DNA of 64,000 bases from Octopus sinensis (GCF_006345805.1 NC_043010.1:41044001-41108000); one strand, 5' to 3'. Counted from the stretch's first letter, positions 10,400 to 22,275 are shown. Notes: generated from the letters alone by a model not told the origin. Numbers and translations: made by a program.

Positions 10400-11189
10400 T
10401 GACTTAAAATTGTATGATAGATTGCCGTCATTTCATTCTCTCTTACCTGTCTGTGTTTGCCTTTCAAGTGCTGTGTTTTTACTGAGATCTCCCTTTTAGT
10501 AGAAAGAATAGCTATAACTCTTTGACTGCTATTTCTAAATTCGGTGTGTGGTGAGGCAATTCGTTGCTAAACCCTTAATTACTTAGTATTACTTAAACTT
10601 TCCTCGAATGAGGCTTTTACATGCCGAAATCTACTTGGTGTAATTAATGATTATTCCAAATTAATTAATTTCATCCTATATTATTACTGATAACTATATA
10701 TATATATATTATATATATATATATATATACTCAAATACAAATACATAGGTATGCAAAAAAATCTACATGCAGAAAATGGTATATCTTACCTATATTCATA
10801 TGACTGTGCATACAGCACCCATATACACCTGCATATAAGTATATGTATATAGACACACACACACAATGGGTGTACATACTCACATGCATGCATGTACAGA
10901 TACACCTATGTCAGCACATATACAGTACATATACACGCATGCGCATATATGCAAAAACACGGCAGTCAATAAGAAAATAGACAGGTACAAGTTCATATGT
11001 CCAAGCGTATGAGGAAAACAGTATAGACACACATAGTTTGCATAATGGCCCTGTGTATAGGAGATCCTTCAGTTATCGTAAAGGAAATATTAAAGTAAAG
11101 TATATAAAAGGAATTTATGTTATAGTAAGACAGTAGGGATAGGATAAGGTTCTATATTTAGTAATATGGGAGACTATGTAATTTTTAAA

Positions 11190-11354
11190 AAAGCATGCAG
11201 GAGCACCGCCTTTAGTCCAACGAATCGACCCCAGGACTTCTTTGGAAGCCTAGTACTTATTCTATCGGTCCTCTTTTTGCCGAACCGCTCAGTTACGGGG
11301 ACGTAGACACGCCAACATCGGTTATCAAGTGGTGGGGGGCACAAACACACACAC

Positions 11355-11397
<43 letters not shown>

Positions 11398-11590
11398 TGC
11401 GTTTGTGCCCCCCCCCCCCAACATCGCTTGACATTAGATGCTGGTGTGTTTACGTTCCCGTAACCTAGCTGTTCAGCAAAATGTGACCGGTAGAATAAAG
11501 TACTAGGCTTGGGGTCGATTTGCTCGACTAAAAAGAAAGGTGATGCTCCAGCATGGCCACAGTCAAATGACTGAAACAAGTAAAAAAAAA
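11190..11590. mobile_element. Two SINE family B 3' halves in inverted orientation around a (CA)/(GA)/(TG) spacer
   Basis: 11190-11345 is a minus-strand tail and 11395-11590 is a plus-strand tail. Confidence 0.8.
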
Positions 11591-12025
11591 TAAAAGAATT
11601 GTTATTAATAGTAATGATACCTATTTAACTTTAAATTATTCAAAATCACGATATGTTCGTTTTGAATGTCGTGGGGGCATTCAACGTGCCACGCGCTGTT
11701 ACTGAACTTGGTACTATGTGACCGGGAAGCAATTTTATTTTTTAAGCCACATAGCCATACCTATTCATATACACATTTAAAAATTTTAGGATTTCAGAAA
11801 TTAGAAAACTTACAGTACATTAAAAACTGAGGTCGTATCTTACACCAGAGAGGTCGAACTTCGTCACTTAAAAGTTGCTATGTCCGTCTTCCGAAATAAT
11901 ATTAAGTTTCAGTGCTATTTTTCCGAAAATAGCTTTTAATCATTCCAACCAAATTTTAATGTATAAACTGCAAATGTGAAGATAAAATCTTCGACGGCCA
12001 GAAATTAATCAATATGTTTTAGTCA
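11540..12025. repeat. Local segmental duplication (paralog at 17910-18250 plus 18802-18960)
   Basis: Colinear, highly similar sequence including a SINE B tail and unique AT-rich DNA. Confidence 0.9.
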
Positions 12026-12169
12026 GTAAAATTATGTAGCAGCATATTTTATAAACATAAAAAGAAATTGCTGTGGCTTTTAAACGTTAAAAAAATTGGT
12101 TCTTAGCTACCCGATAAGTCAATGTAAAAAGCTAAGAATGTCGTGACATTCAGAATATTAAAAGTGTAA

Positions 12170-13735
12170 TATATCAGAATATAATACACTCCAATAAGAC
12201 ATGGTATAAAGAGCAATATTGACATTTCGCTACGAGTTGTATGTAAAATTCTATCCAATGTCTTTTTTCCATATCTTTCCAGTTACGTTCAAATGCGTAG
12301 GAACGTCTTCTTCCTGACAGAAACTATTAGCTCAACCAAATTAACCTAACTCGGCCAAAAGATAATTAGAGATGAGACAAGAGAATAATTTTAGAACCAT
12401 TCCTGCAAATTCAGCATGGTTAACATATCAAAATGTAAGATAATAAGAAAATTATATTTTTAAGAGAGAACATTTTCACCAAGTAGTCTAAAAACCAACC
12501 AGGGTTACAATACAATGTGAAAGGATTATGAAGTTTAAGAGGAATCATTGTCATTTACAGAATCAAAGAAAAGGGGGTGAAATAAGTGGGGCAGATATTC
12601 CATTTCCATTGGAGAAATGGATTCAGTTTCATTGGATGACACACACAGCTTATTCACTTGCTTTGACGCTGGAATGGAGAGGATTCCAACTATTTCGTTT
12701 CTTCTAGAGATTCCCCGACCTCCGGAATCAAAACCCTAGCACCGAGTGTTGTTGATGCTTTCAGCATCCTTTCTTTCGTCTTTGTAGGGAATTCTGTCGG
12801 GAATCATAACCAGTTTCATCGGTAAACTTTAGTATGGGTTACTTATTTTTTATCTTGTTTTAAGTAACGTTTTTCAGGTCGATTGTTATACCCTATTTTC
12901 TAAATCTGAGAGTGAGCCATTGAAAGCATGAGGGTGGAAGCATTGTCATCCAGCGTCCCATTTTCTCCAATTCGCCACTGGATCTTTCCACCATCCACAT
13001 TGGGAACCATTGATCCATTCACCACCGTATGCATCACAATCTATTTCATTCACAGACGGGTTGGGTTACAGCAACACTCAGCGCATTAGTGATTACTTTA
13101 ATCTCAATGATTCCCAAAGTAGGAGATGGGAAGATCCAGGGAGCCGCTGGAGCAAAAGTGAGACGAAAGTCGCGTGACCAAAAGGGAGCGCTGGATGGCC
13201 ATGCCCACCACACACGCACATCCACTTTTTAATGTTGCACTCTTCAGATTTAGAAAATAGGAGACGTTTTTATGAACAAACATTAGTATTTTGGATTAAA
13301 TGTGGTGAATTAATCCAGATCAGGAGTGGTAAAATATGCCGGATTACAGGTGGTACAATATACTGCATTGCATGAAATAACATTTACCGGATTTAATCAG
13401 CGGCGGGAAATTCCGGATTAAATATCAGAATATAATGAACTCCAATAAGACATGGTATAAAGAGCAATATTGACATTTCGCTACGTGTTGTATGTAAAAT
13501 TCTATCTAATGTCTTTTTTCCATATCTTTCGTTATGTTCAAATGCGCAGGAATATTTTCTTCCTGAAAGAAACTATTAACTCAACCAAATGATAATTAGA
13601 GATGGGACAACAGAATTATATTAGAACCATTCCTGCAAATTCAGCATGGTTAACATATCAAAATTTAAGATAATAGGAAAATTATATTGGTATAAGAAGA
13701 AACATTTTCACCATGTAGTCTAAAAACCAACCAGA
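12170..13735. repeat. ~320-bp direct repeat pair (12170-12500 and 13423-13735)
   Basis: Both copies read ATCAGAATATAAT..ACTCCAATAAGACATGG ... GTAGTCTAAAAACCAACCAG. Confidence 0.85.
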
Positions 13736-15489
13736 GTACAGGATTAAAAGTCATTACATATGCCGGAATAATGCCGTGGCCATATCCCGCATTAAATAGT
13801 CAATACGTCAGATTACGAGCGGTGAAATGTACCTGGTAGAAGGTGGTCATATAGCGGATTAAAGGTTGTACTATATGCCAGATTACTTGTAGAGAAATAT
13901 ACCAGATTGAAGGTGGTTCAATATGCTGAATAAAATAGGGAGTCATGCCGGAAATGAATGTACCATATGCAGGGCTAAAGATAGTACAGTACATCCCTCA
14001 GTCGGTTTTAGTTTGCCGTGGTGTTTGTGTACTTGCACATTGAGATTAGTAGAGAATGAAAATGTTTTTCTAGGGGAGCGTGTGAAAATGATTAACACAG
14101 AATTTTTATTTACTGCACTTGGTATTTCCTGCGTCGGTATTTTGATGTAAAATAATAACGATAATTATACGCAGGGGAAGAGATGTGATGTATATAAATT
14201 CTAACAAAGAAATTGATGTTTATGGAAGTAGCCAAAAACATTTTTAAATTAAGAAGCTACTTGTAACCACCAGCCAGTTTAGCATCGATAATGGTATCTA
14301 TTTCATATACATCAAGAGTTTAAGAGTAAAAGTTCTCTAGTTTATGCGGAAAACAGCCATTCAATTCTGCTAAAAGCCCAACTACAAATTAGATATTTGT
14401 AGGAAATCTTATTAACTAATTTTGCTCTGATTAACAGATTATACAAATGTCGACAATGGACAATAACGAAAAAAAAAAAAGCAATATCTGCAAACGATAT
14501 TTAAAGAAATATTACTTTTTTTTTTCCTTCGGCAAAATAGAAATTTTATGATTATTCCAAAAGGATAATTCAGCCGCCTTTTTTCTTGGGGTCGAGAGAC
14601 GGTATAGGTTTTAAAAGATCTGAAAATGACAGGCTTACAAAAGGAGAATAGTTTTTTTTGTTTCCATATTATTTTATTCTGTTACGTTCCATTAGTTTCC
14701 ATTTTTTATCAGATATATTACTGTTCTTCATTCGAACGGGTCGTGGCTGGAGAACAGAATAGACGGCCAGTCCGATTGGTTTCGATTTCAAGTAGCTAGC
14801 GATTGAAGAGCCACAAGAAAATAAAAATTATATCAAAATTTTAGTAATAAAAACGCGAGGAAACTGACGTGAAGGAAACCAATTGATTAAAAGCAAGACA
14901 GAAAATGTCATTAAAAAGCATAAAATAATAAATTTCAAGTTGTAAAAAACAAAAAGAAAAATTCTGCATTCATTACTGTTGAAAATGTTTACAATAAATT
15001 TCAAAAGAAATATTTCCCAGTAAAAAGATTATGATATTTGAATATGTGATTGAGTGGGTGACATTCTTCTCAGACAATAGAGTTTAAAATAAAACAAAAT
15101 GCGTTAACTACCCTTCAGACATCTCTTCCGTCGACTGTGAAAGGCTAACATCTGCAAACAGACACTTTTTATTTTTTTAATGTTAACATTCCGACTAAGT
15201 TCCGTTGACTTAGCAGCAGCAACAAATCTCAATGCGTCACACGTTCAGATTTCTTTATTTTAGCACACATATACATATAAAATGCAGAAAGCTTAGGATG
15301 AGTTCAAATTGTTTGTATGCTGTGTGTGTGAATGAGAGTATTTCTTTATTACCCACTAGGGGCGACATAGAGGAGACACTACAAGACATTGGGGACATAG
15401 AACATTATAAAAATAAAAGTATGTAAGATGAAATTTTGAAAATGATAATATGAAAGTGCTGCTAACGGTCCCATTCCGCTAGCACCACT

Positions 15490-16050
15490 TACCTGTCCTT
15501 CATAACCTATCATCCACTGTCATCTCCAATCAGAAGCCCTATATTCACTATCATTCTCTCAGTTCTCTCTTCATACTCCTTCACTACCACATCCATAAAT
15601 CTCACCTTAGTCACCTTCACACCCTCATTTAAAAACAACTCTCCATAATTGCATCCATCAGTTCCTTTGGCACTACTGCATAACTCCCATCTACTCTCTC
15701 ATACCATGAATAATTATTTATAATGTCTTTCGAATTTTCAGTATCCTCCTTTTTCACGAAACATAGAATATGGGGCTTGGGATCTTGTTTACTCTCTTGT
15801 GTGTCTGTGTTATTTTTTTGTTTTCTTGTAGGCGGGGAGTGGGTGGAATCACTGTTTTCAGGGGAAGGATGGGACTCAGAGGGTGCGGGTGGTGTTGGGG
15901 TGGGTTGGGGTTCAATATAGTTCAATTTTCTTCTTTTTCTTTTCTTTCTTACATCTTCCCATTTAGTCTGGGCTTCCTCCTCCTCCTTTTCCTGGATCAC
16001 ACTCTGAATGAGGTAAGAGAGTTGGTTGCATTTTCATTCCCAGATAGGTG
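15490..16050 (-). mobile_element. Probable Tx1/L1-type LINE ORF1 remnant
   Basis: ORF 15629-16000 (basic, Pro/Thr-rich) continues after a frameshift into a ...SEYRASDWR*QWIGYEGQ-like stretch resembling Tx1 ORF1; family assignment is from recall. Confidence 0.4.
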
Positions 16051-16084
16051 AGCATTTAATCAGTCTTATTATTTTAATATCTTA

Positions 16085-16275
16085 ACGCGGCGAGCTGGCA
16101 GGACCTTTAGCATGCCGAGCGAAACGCTTAGCAGTTTTTCGTCAGCCGAGGTCGACTTTGCCTTTCATCCTTTCGGGATCGATAAATTAGGTACCAGTTG
16201 AGTACTGGGGTTGATGTAATCCACTTACCCCTCCTTAAAAATTTCAGGCCTTGTGCCTATAGCAGAAAGAATTAT
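16085..16275 (+). mobile_element. SINE family A
   Basis: GCGGCGAGCTGGCAGG head and GAGGTCGACTTTGCCTTTCATCC body. Confidence 0.75.
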
Positions 16276-16842
16276 TTTAACACCTTTGAAAGACGGTAAG
16301 TTGGTAGAACCGTTAGCACGTCTTTATGTTCTGAGCTCAAATTCCGCCGAGTGCCCTTAATGGTCAAAATCGTTTCATGTGTTTATCGAACCCTTTAAGT
16401 CAATAATAACCACTTTACCAACCCTTGTCCCTGACAGACTGTCTAAATTAAAAGAAGAAACCACAGGATGCTCATGCCTTTAACGGCTTTGATCTGCATG
16501 ATCACGACTGATGATGTGGAAGTGAGAAACAACTACAGCTACAATAGCATCAACAGCATCGAACCCAAGAAGAGCACCTCTGGGAAGTTGTTCATGTAGT
16601 TAAACATAGCAACCGAATTTCCTTTAAAGTAAACGACACTTCGGCTTCAAACAAAAAAAAAACACGTTGGAAAAATCTAAATAAAAGAAACGAAAAAATA
16701 CGAAGCGGTCAGATCGGTTACGTCTTTCATCATAATTCATCATAGCAATACTAAGGACTAAACAACAGCAGCTAAACTTTAAGCTTAGGGCCTCTATTGG
16801 TTAAAGTCAGGCAAGGTTAACCATGAATCTGCACCAATATGC

Positions 16843-17163
16843 GTGGAGGTGCGTGGTTTAGCGGTTAGGGTATTCGGCCCAAGATATTAAGGTAGTGCGT
16901 TTAATTCCCGGCAATGCGTTGTCCTTGAGCAAGACACTTAATTTCACATTACTCCAGTCCACTCAGCTGGCAAAAATGAGTTGTATCTATAATTGAAAGG
17001 GGCCAGCCCTGTCGCCTTCTGTGCCACGCTGAATCTCTCTCAGAACTACATTAAGGGCAGGCGTGTCTGTGGTGTGCTCAGCCACTTGCAAGTTAGTTTC
17101 TCGAGCAGCCTGTTTCTTTCATCGGATCAACTGGAACCCTCGTCTTTGTTACCGACGGAACTC
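16843..17163 (+). mobile_element. tRNA-derived SINE with CORE/Meta-like central domain and family C-type tail
   Basis: GGTTTAGCGGTTAGGG A-box; CCTTGAGCAAGACACTT...CAGTCCACTCAGCTGGCAAAAATGAGT; GGATCAACTGGAACCCTCGTC tail. Confidence 0.75.
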
Positions 17164-17303
17164 CTATTATTATGTGCAGACCCATGAAAGTCTGTTTTTC
17201 TTTCTTCAGTTTTCTCTGCAGCAGACAAGTTCCTTTCCCCTTGCCCCACCAGCAGTATCGCCAAAAGGAGAGGTTGCTTCACCTTGGTATCAGAGTCGCC
17301 TCG

Positions 17304-17445
17304 AGGTCGACTTTGCCTTTCATCCTTTTAGGGTCGATAAATTAAGTACCAGTTACGCACTGGGGTGGATGTAATCGACTTAATACCTATGTCTGTCCTT
17401 GTTTGTCCCCTCTGTGTTTAGCCCCTTGTGGGTAATAAAGAAATA
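17304..17445 (+). mobile_element. 5'-truncated SINE family A with 18-bp TSD
   Basis: TSD GGTATCAGAGTCGCCTCG at 17286-17303 and 17446-17463. Confidence 0.9.
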
Positions 17446-17536
17446 GGTATCAGAGTCGCCTCGCCAGACGTTGTCTTCTGAACGAAAAGAACCGGAACAA
17501 ATGCCACAATACTGCCAATTCACCGACCTAGATAAA

Positions 17537-17577
<41 letters not shown>

Positions 17578-18250
17578 CGTGTTCTCGTTAGCCATCCCGA
17601 AAGAATGGAATACAAAGTTGAACTCGGTAGGATTCGCACTCAGAGGACGACAGAACGAATGCCGCAAGGCAGTCTATCCAGCGCTGTCGCTGCTTTCTAA
17701 TGAGCAGAACGCAATTGTTTTCTTCTTCTTCTTCCAGTCAGGACTCACGCCATCAGCCACGAAGAATAATCTCTAATTCGAGCCTACTCTAAGCTACTAA
17801 GAATGCGTGTGGCAACATGAAGATTCACCCACCACACGCCGTAGACTGGCGGTTGCACGGGCGCGAAAGCTACGTTGTTATCCTCATTCCGTAAACGGTT
17901 GCTTTTAACGGGTGATGCTCCAGCATGGCCGCAGTCAAATGACTTAAACAAGGAAAAGACTAAAAGAATTATTATTAATGATAATGATACCTATTTAACT
18001 TTAAATTATACTGACTCACGATATGTTCGTTTGTAATGTCGTGCGGGCATTCAACGTGCCACGCGCTGGTACTGAACTCGGTACTATGTGACCAGGAAGC
18101 AATTTTATTTTTTAAGCCACATAGCCATACCTATTCATATACACATGAAAAAATTTTAGGATTTCAGAAATTAGAAAACTTACAATACATTAAGGACTGA
18201 GGTCGTATCGTACACTTGAGAGGTCAAAGTTCGTCACTTAGAAGTCGCTA

Positions 18251-18801
18251 CAGCTGAATCCATGATAAAGATGATACCGCCAGCTGGACTCACAGAGGAA
18301 AGTAAGGCATGTTTTTACTGTACGGTTGCAATATTGAAAGAATGCGTCTGGAGAACGAGAATGGAAGGTGCGGTGAAAGGGTCTTTCATCTCAGGCCCCG
18401 GTTTGCTGACCTACTTCAGATACCATCTGAGGAGCAAGATGGGACTGGAGAGGAGGACCCTGCCACCGAGAGTATTCGAGAAACGATGGAAGGATGTGAT
18501 GAGAAAGGTGGGTGTTAGTAACCCAGCTTGATCATTGATGAAAGGAAAAGATCGTTGCTGGGCTTTATAGGCTGCCGGGTTTGATCCTTTAACCTTTGTG
18601 TTCGTCTTTCTTTCTTTGTGTTAGTTTTAATAAAAAATTAAAAAAAAGTTTCTAGTTAATGGAAATTAAACGGTATATAAAATACTTTTTATGTAAATTT
18701 TTAATACTGAAATCATTCAATCTCATGTAAGATCTTTGTCCTTTGTTTGCCCAGTATTGTAACATTCTATGTAAGATCACCATGATCATAACAAAAGATA
18801 C
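18251..18801 (+). mobile_element. 5'-truncated Tx1/L1-like LINE 3' end with 16-bp TSD
   Basis: ORF ...VAILKECVWRTRMEG...LLTYFRYHLRSKMGLERRTL...FEKRW resembles a Tx1 ORF2 C-terminus; TSD CACTTAGAAGT(C/T)GCTA at 18235-18250 and 18802-18817; the empty site is present in the paralog at 11865-11880. Confidence 0.8.
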
Positions 18802-19464
18802 CACTTAGAAGTTGCTATGTCCGTCTTCCAAAATAATATTAAGTTTCAGTACTATTTTTTCAAAAATAGCTTTTAATCATTCCAACCAAATTTTAATGTA
18901 TAAACTGCAAATGCGAAGATAAAGTCTACAACGGCCTGAAATTAATCAATATGTTTTAGTCCATTTTCAGTCACGTGGGGTTGTTCAGGATTCTCCCATA
19001 ACACTCCTGTAAACTGTATGGTGCCTGTTCTAATGCCAGGGTCACAGTAAAAAGGACCTTGTACATACTAGGAAGGGCATCCAGCCATAGAAACAATGCT
19101 TTAATAGACAGCGGAGCAGAGCACAACATGATCCTTAGCCCCTTCAGATCCTGTTAAACCACCCAACCCATGCCAGCATGGAAAACAAACATTAAAAGAC
19201 GATGAGGAATAGAATGAATTACAGGGTTGCTGGTTAAAATCCTATTGTATTTTTAGGAATTGTATAAAAAAAAAACATTTAAGATATTTTGGGTATTGTA
19301 CAAGAATAAGCAAGTTTTTACTCATGGACTTTAACAAAACCTTATATGGATCCTAAAAGTCATATGGACCCCAATTGAGAACCATCCTGGGGTACAGAGG
19401 GTTCGCAATCTAGACAAGGGTCTGAAAGTTTACCACACCATAGTGGGTTACACCATGGTTCCTC

Positions 19465-19670
19465 TGCTTTGTGGCAGAAGTAGGAAGAAAGAGTGAGAGA
19501 AAGTTGTGGTGAAAGAATACAGCGGGGGTTCACCACCACCACCACCACCCCCGCCGGATCCTCGTGAAGCTTAGGTGCTTTTGCTCAATAAACACTCACA
19601 ATGCCCGGTCTGTGAATCGAAACCGCGTTCTTACGACTGCGAGTCCGCTGCCCTAACCACTAGGCCATTA
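19465..19670 (-). mobile_element. SINE family C 5' half
   Basis: Same tRNA-like head as 4228-4614. Confidence 0.8.
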
Positions 19671-19679
19671 CGGTTGCAC

Positions 19680-19716
19680 CGCAGTTGTTGTTGTTGTTGC
19701 TGCTGTTGCTGTTGCT

Positions 19717-19747
<31 letters not shown>

Positions 19748-19845
19748 ATGACGATGATGACGACGACGACGACGACGATGATGATGATGGCGGCGGCGGC
19801 GGTTGTGGTGGTGATGACGGTGACACTGATGACGACGATGATACT
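19680..19845. repeat. Compound trinucleotide microsatellite (GTT)(GCT)(GAT)(GAC)(GAT)(GGC)(GGT)
   Basis: Read directly from the sequence. Confidence 0.95.
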
Positions 19846-20260
19846 TTAAACCGGACAATTTTTCTCTCTCAAAAAAAAAGCTTTATTTTGACATCGATAT
19901 ATAAATAATACTTAGAATATCCATTAAGAGAGTAAGTGATCAGTGAACGGGTGAAGAGTTTTCTATGGTAGATTTTTTCTTTATTTGTTTTTTTGTTTTT
20001 TTTTTGTGCGTCGGTGGGGTGGGATGCTGACGGCAGTATTCTTATTATTGTTGTTGTTTAAAGTAGAGCTTTTGTTGTTATTGTTTAAAGTAGAGAGTTT
20101 TTGTTGTTTTTTTTTTCCAGCTGACCAAAATTAAATTGGTTTCTTTTTGGAAATATCAAAAGCTCACATGTCATTCTTTGTTCGGATTTGTTCACCCAGA
20201 TAACGCTAAAATTTCGTTTTGTTGTTCTTGTTCTGGTTTCAGTTTTTCTTTTTTTTTCTT

Positions 20261-20653
20261 TTACTCTTTTACTTGTTTCAGTCATTTGACTGCGGCCATG
20301 CTGGAGCACCGCCTTTAGTCGAGCAAATCGACCCCGGGACTTATTCTTTGTAAGCCCAGTATTTATTCTATCAGTCTCTTTTGCTGAACCGCTAATGACG
20401 GGGACGTAAACACACCAGCATCGGTTGTCAAGCAATGCTAGGGGGACATACACACACACACACATATTATATATATATATATATATATATACATACATAC
20501 GACAGGCTTCTTTCAGTTTCCGTCTGCCAAATCCACTCACAAGGCATTGGTCGGCCCGAGGCTATAGCAGAAGACACTTGCCCAAGATGCCACGCAGTGG
20601 GACTGAACCCACAACCATGTGGTTGGTTAGCAAGCTACTTACCACACAGCCAC
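20261..20653 (-). mobile_element. Full-length young SINE family B
   Basis: Complete head to tail, closely matching 47065-47465 and 38688-39068. Confidence 0.9.
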
Positions 20654-20859
20654 GTTAGCGTAAATAGATAAAACTCTTTACCATCACCAAATTAAACGTT
20701 GATCTTAAGAGTTCAGATTCCTGCGTTGGTTTAACACATTTACAGTTGATTTCTAAACAGTGGCGTTTAGGGAGCTAACCTAACACCCACACGGCATTCA
20801 GGAAATTAGGCAAACACCCTATCAAGACTATGATAACGTTTAGTTAAAGCACCGACTTG

Positions 20860-21186
20860 GCAGAAACGTTGGCACGCCGGGCGAAGTGTTTAGCGATATT
20901 TCGTCTGCCTTTGCGTTCTGAGTTCAAATTCCGCCGAGGTCGACTTTGCCTTTCACCCTTTAAAATAAGGCGGCGAGCTGGCACGCCGGGCGAAATGCTT
21001 AGCTGTATTTCGTCTGTCGTTACGTTCTGAGTTCAAATTCCGCCGAGGTCGATTTTGCCTTTCATCCTTTCGGGGTCGATTAAATAAGTACCAGTTTCGC
21101 ACTGGGGTCGATATAATCGAATTAATCCGTTTGTCTGTCCTTGTTTGTCCCCTCTATGTTTAGCCCCTTGTGGGCAGTAAAGAAAT
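20860..21186 (+). mobile_element. SINE family A (partial plus full copy)
   Basis: Two GAGTTCAAATTCCGCCGAGGTCGA boxes; GGGCAGTAAAGAAAT tail. Confidence 0.85.
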
Positions 21187-21279
21187 ATATACTTTGAGAG
21201 TTTGTACATTCTCAAAGATGAGACTCCTCTCTCAGATCAAGTTAAATTGCATTGCAAAGACTCGTGGATATATATATAT

Positions 21280-21662
21280 ACTAGCAGTATCGCCCGGCGT
21301 TGCTCAGGTTTGTAAAGGAAATAACTATAAAGCATTTTCAGAGAGTTATAGCCAAAAAATAGCAAAAAAATGGGAAAAAATGATGGTAAATTTTTTTGAG
21401 AGTTAAAAAAGGATGGAGTTGCGTCCCCTAGACAGTTTGTGGTTCGTGTTTCTGATTCTCGACCCCATGTCGAATTTATCGATTTTTTTCAGAACTGGGG
21501 GAACTTTTCAAAATTTTGGCTGCGTTAGTTTTGAATTAGGACATTGGGCTATGTGTGTGTCAAGTTTCATCAGAATCGGTTGAAAGCCGTGGTCAGGGTG
21601 AGGGTACAAGCAAACAGACACACAGAAACACGCACAGACAAACTGCCGTTTATATATAGATA
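21280..21662 (+). mobile_element. Non-autonomous Helitron-like element
   Basis: Begins ACTAGCAGTATCGCCCGGCGTTGC; 3' part CAAGTTTCATCAGAATCGGTTGA...(ACAG/ACAC)n...TTTATATATAGAT; inserted in TA. Resembles Lep1-type non-autonomous Helitrons (recall). Confidence 0.65.
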
Positions 21663-21969
21663 TATATATATATATATACACACGCACACACAAAAGTATG
21701 GGAGTTTAGTTCACAGGTGATCTAAACGATTAGGTACGCTAGGTAAGTACTGGAACGGATTACTTGGGCTCCAAGGTTATAGCCGAGACAGTAGTTATGG
21801 AGCCATTGCAGATTTCCGATGCAGCGGATATATAATAGTTAAACAGGACGTCAAACATTAAGGCAGGGCAAATATCTCAAGTCATATACAATATTATAAT
21901 GGGAAGAAATTTAATTTCTTCCTATAATAATATTGTATATGACTTGAGATATTTGACGTCCCGTTTAAC

Positions 21970-22015
<46 letters not shown>

Positions 22016-22275
22016 CTAAAAATAAGGGTGTCTGTGTGGCACCACCATGCCGAAATAGCAGTCAAATCCCTGACTCCAAAAACCACCTTAAATGTTCATA
22101 TCGCACCATGAGATGAGACAGAGGGACAAAATAGACTAGGAAAAAATATTACTGAATAATTCAAAATCCTGGATTTCTAGCTTTGCTAGTAAAAAATTAT
22201 TACCTTTGTATGGTATTTATTCCCATGCTGGCCACTTGATAATATCGATATTTAAATATCGATATTATCCTTATT

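Larger units (their letters stand above)
9721..10694 (+). mobile_element. Hammerhead-bearing tandem element, family 2 (Penelope pLTR / retrozyme-like), ~1.67 copies of a 583-nt monomer
   Basis: 9721-10111 is repeated near-identically at 10304-10694 (offset 583). Each copy begins with a canonical type I HHR. No ORF. Flanked by TATATA and (TA)n. Confidence 0.9.

Noticed and set aside
19631-19858. Poly-H/R/Q ORF resembling a transcription-factor low-complexity region
   Set aside because: It is the trinucleotide cascade and runs into a SINE head; no splice or domain support.
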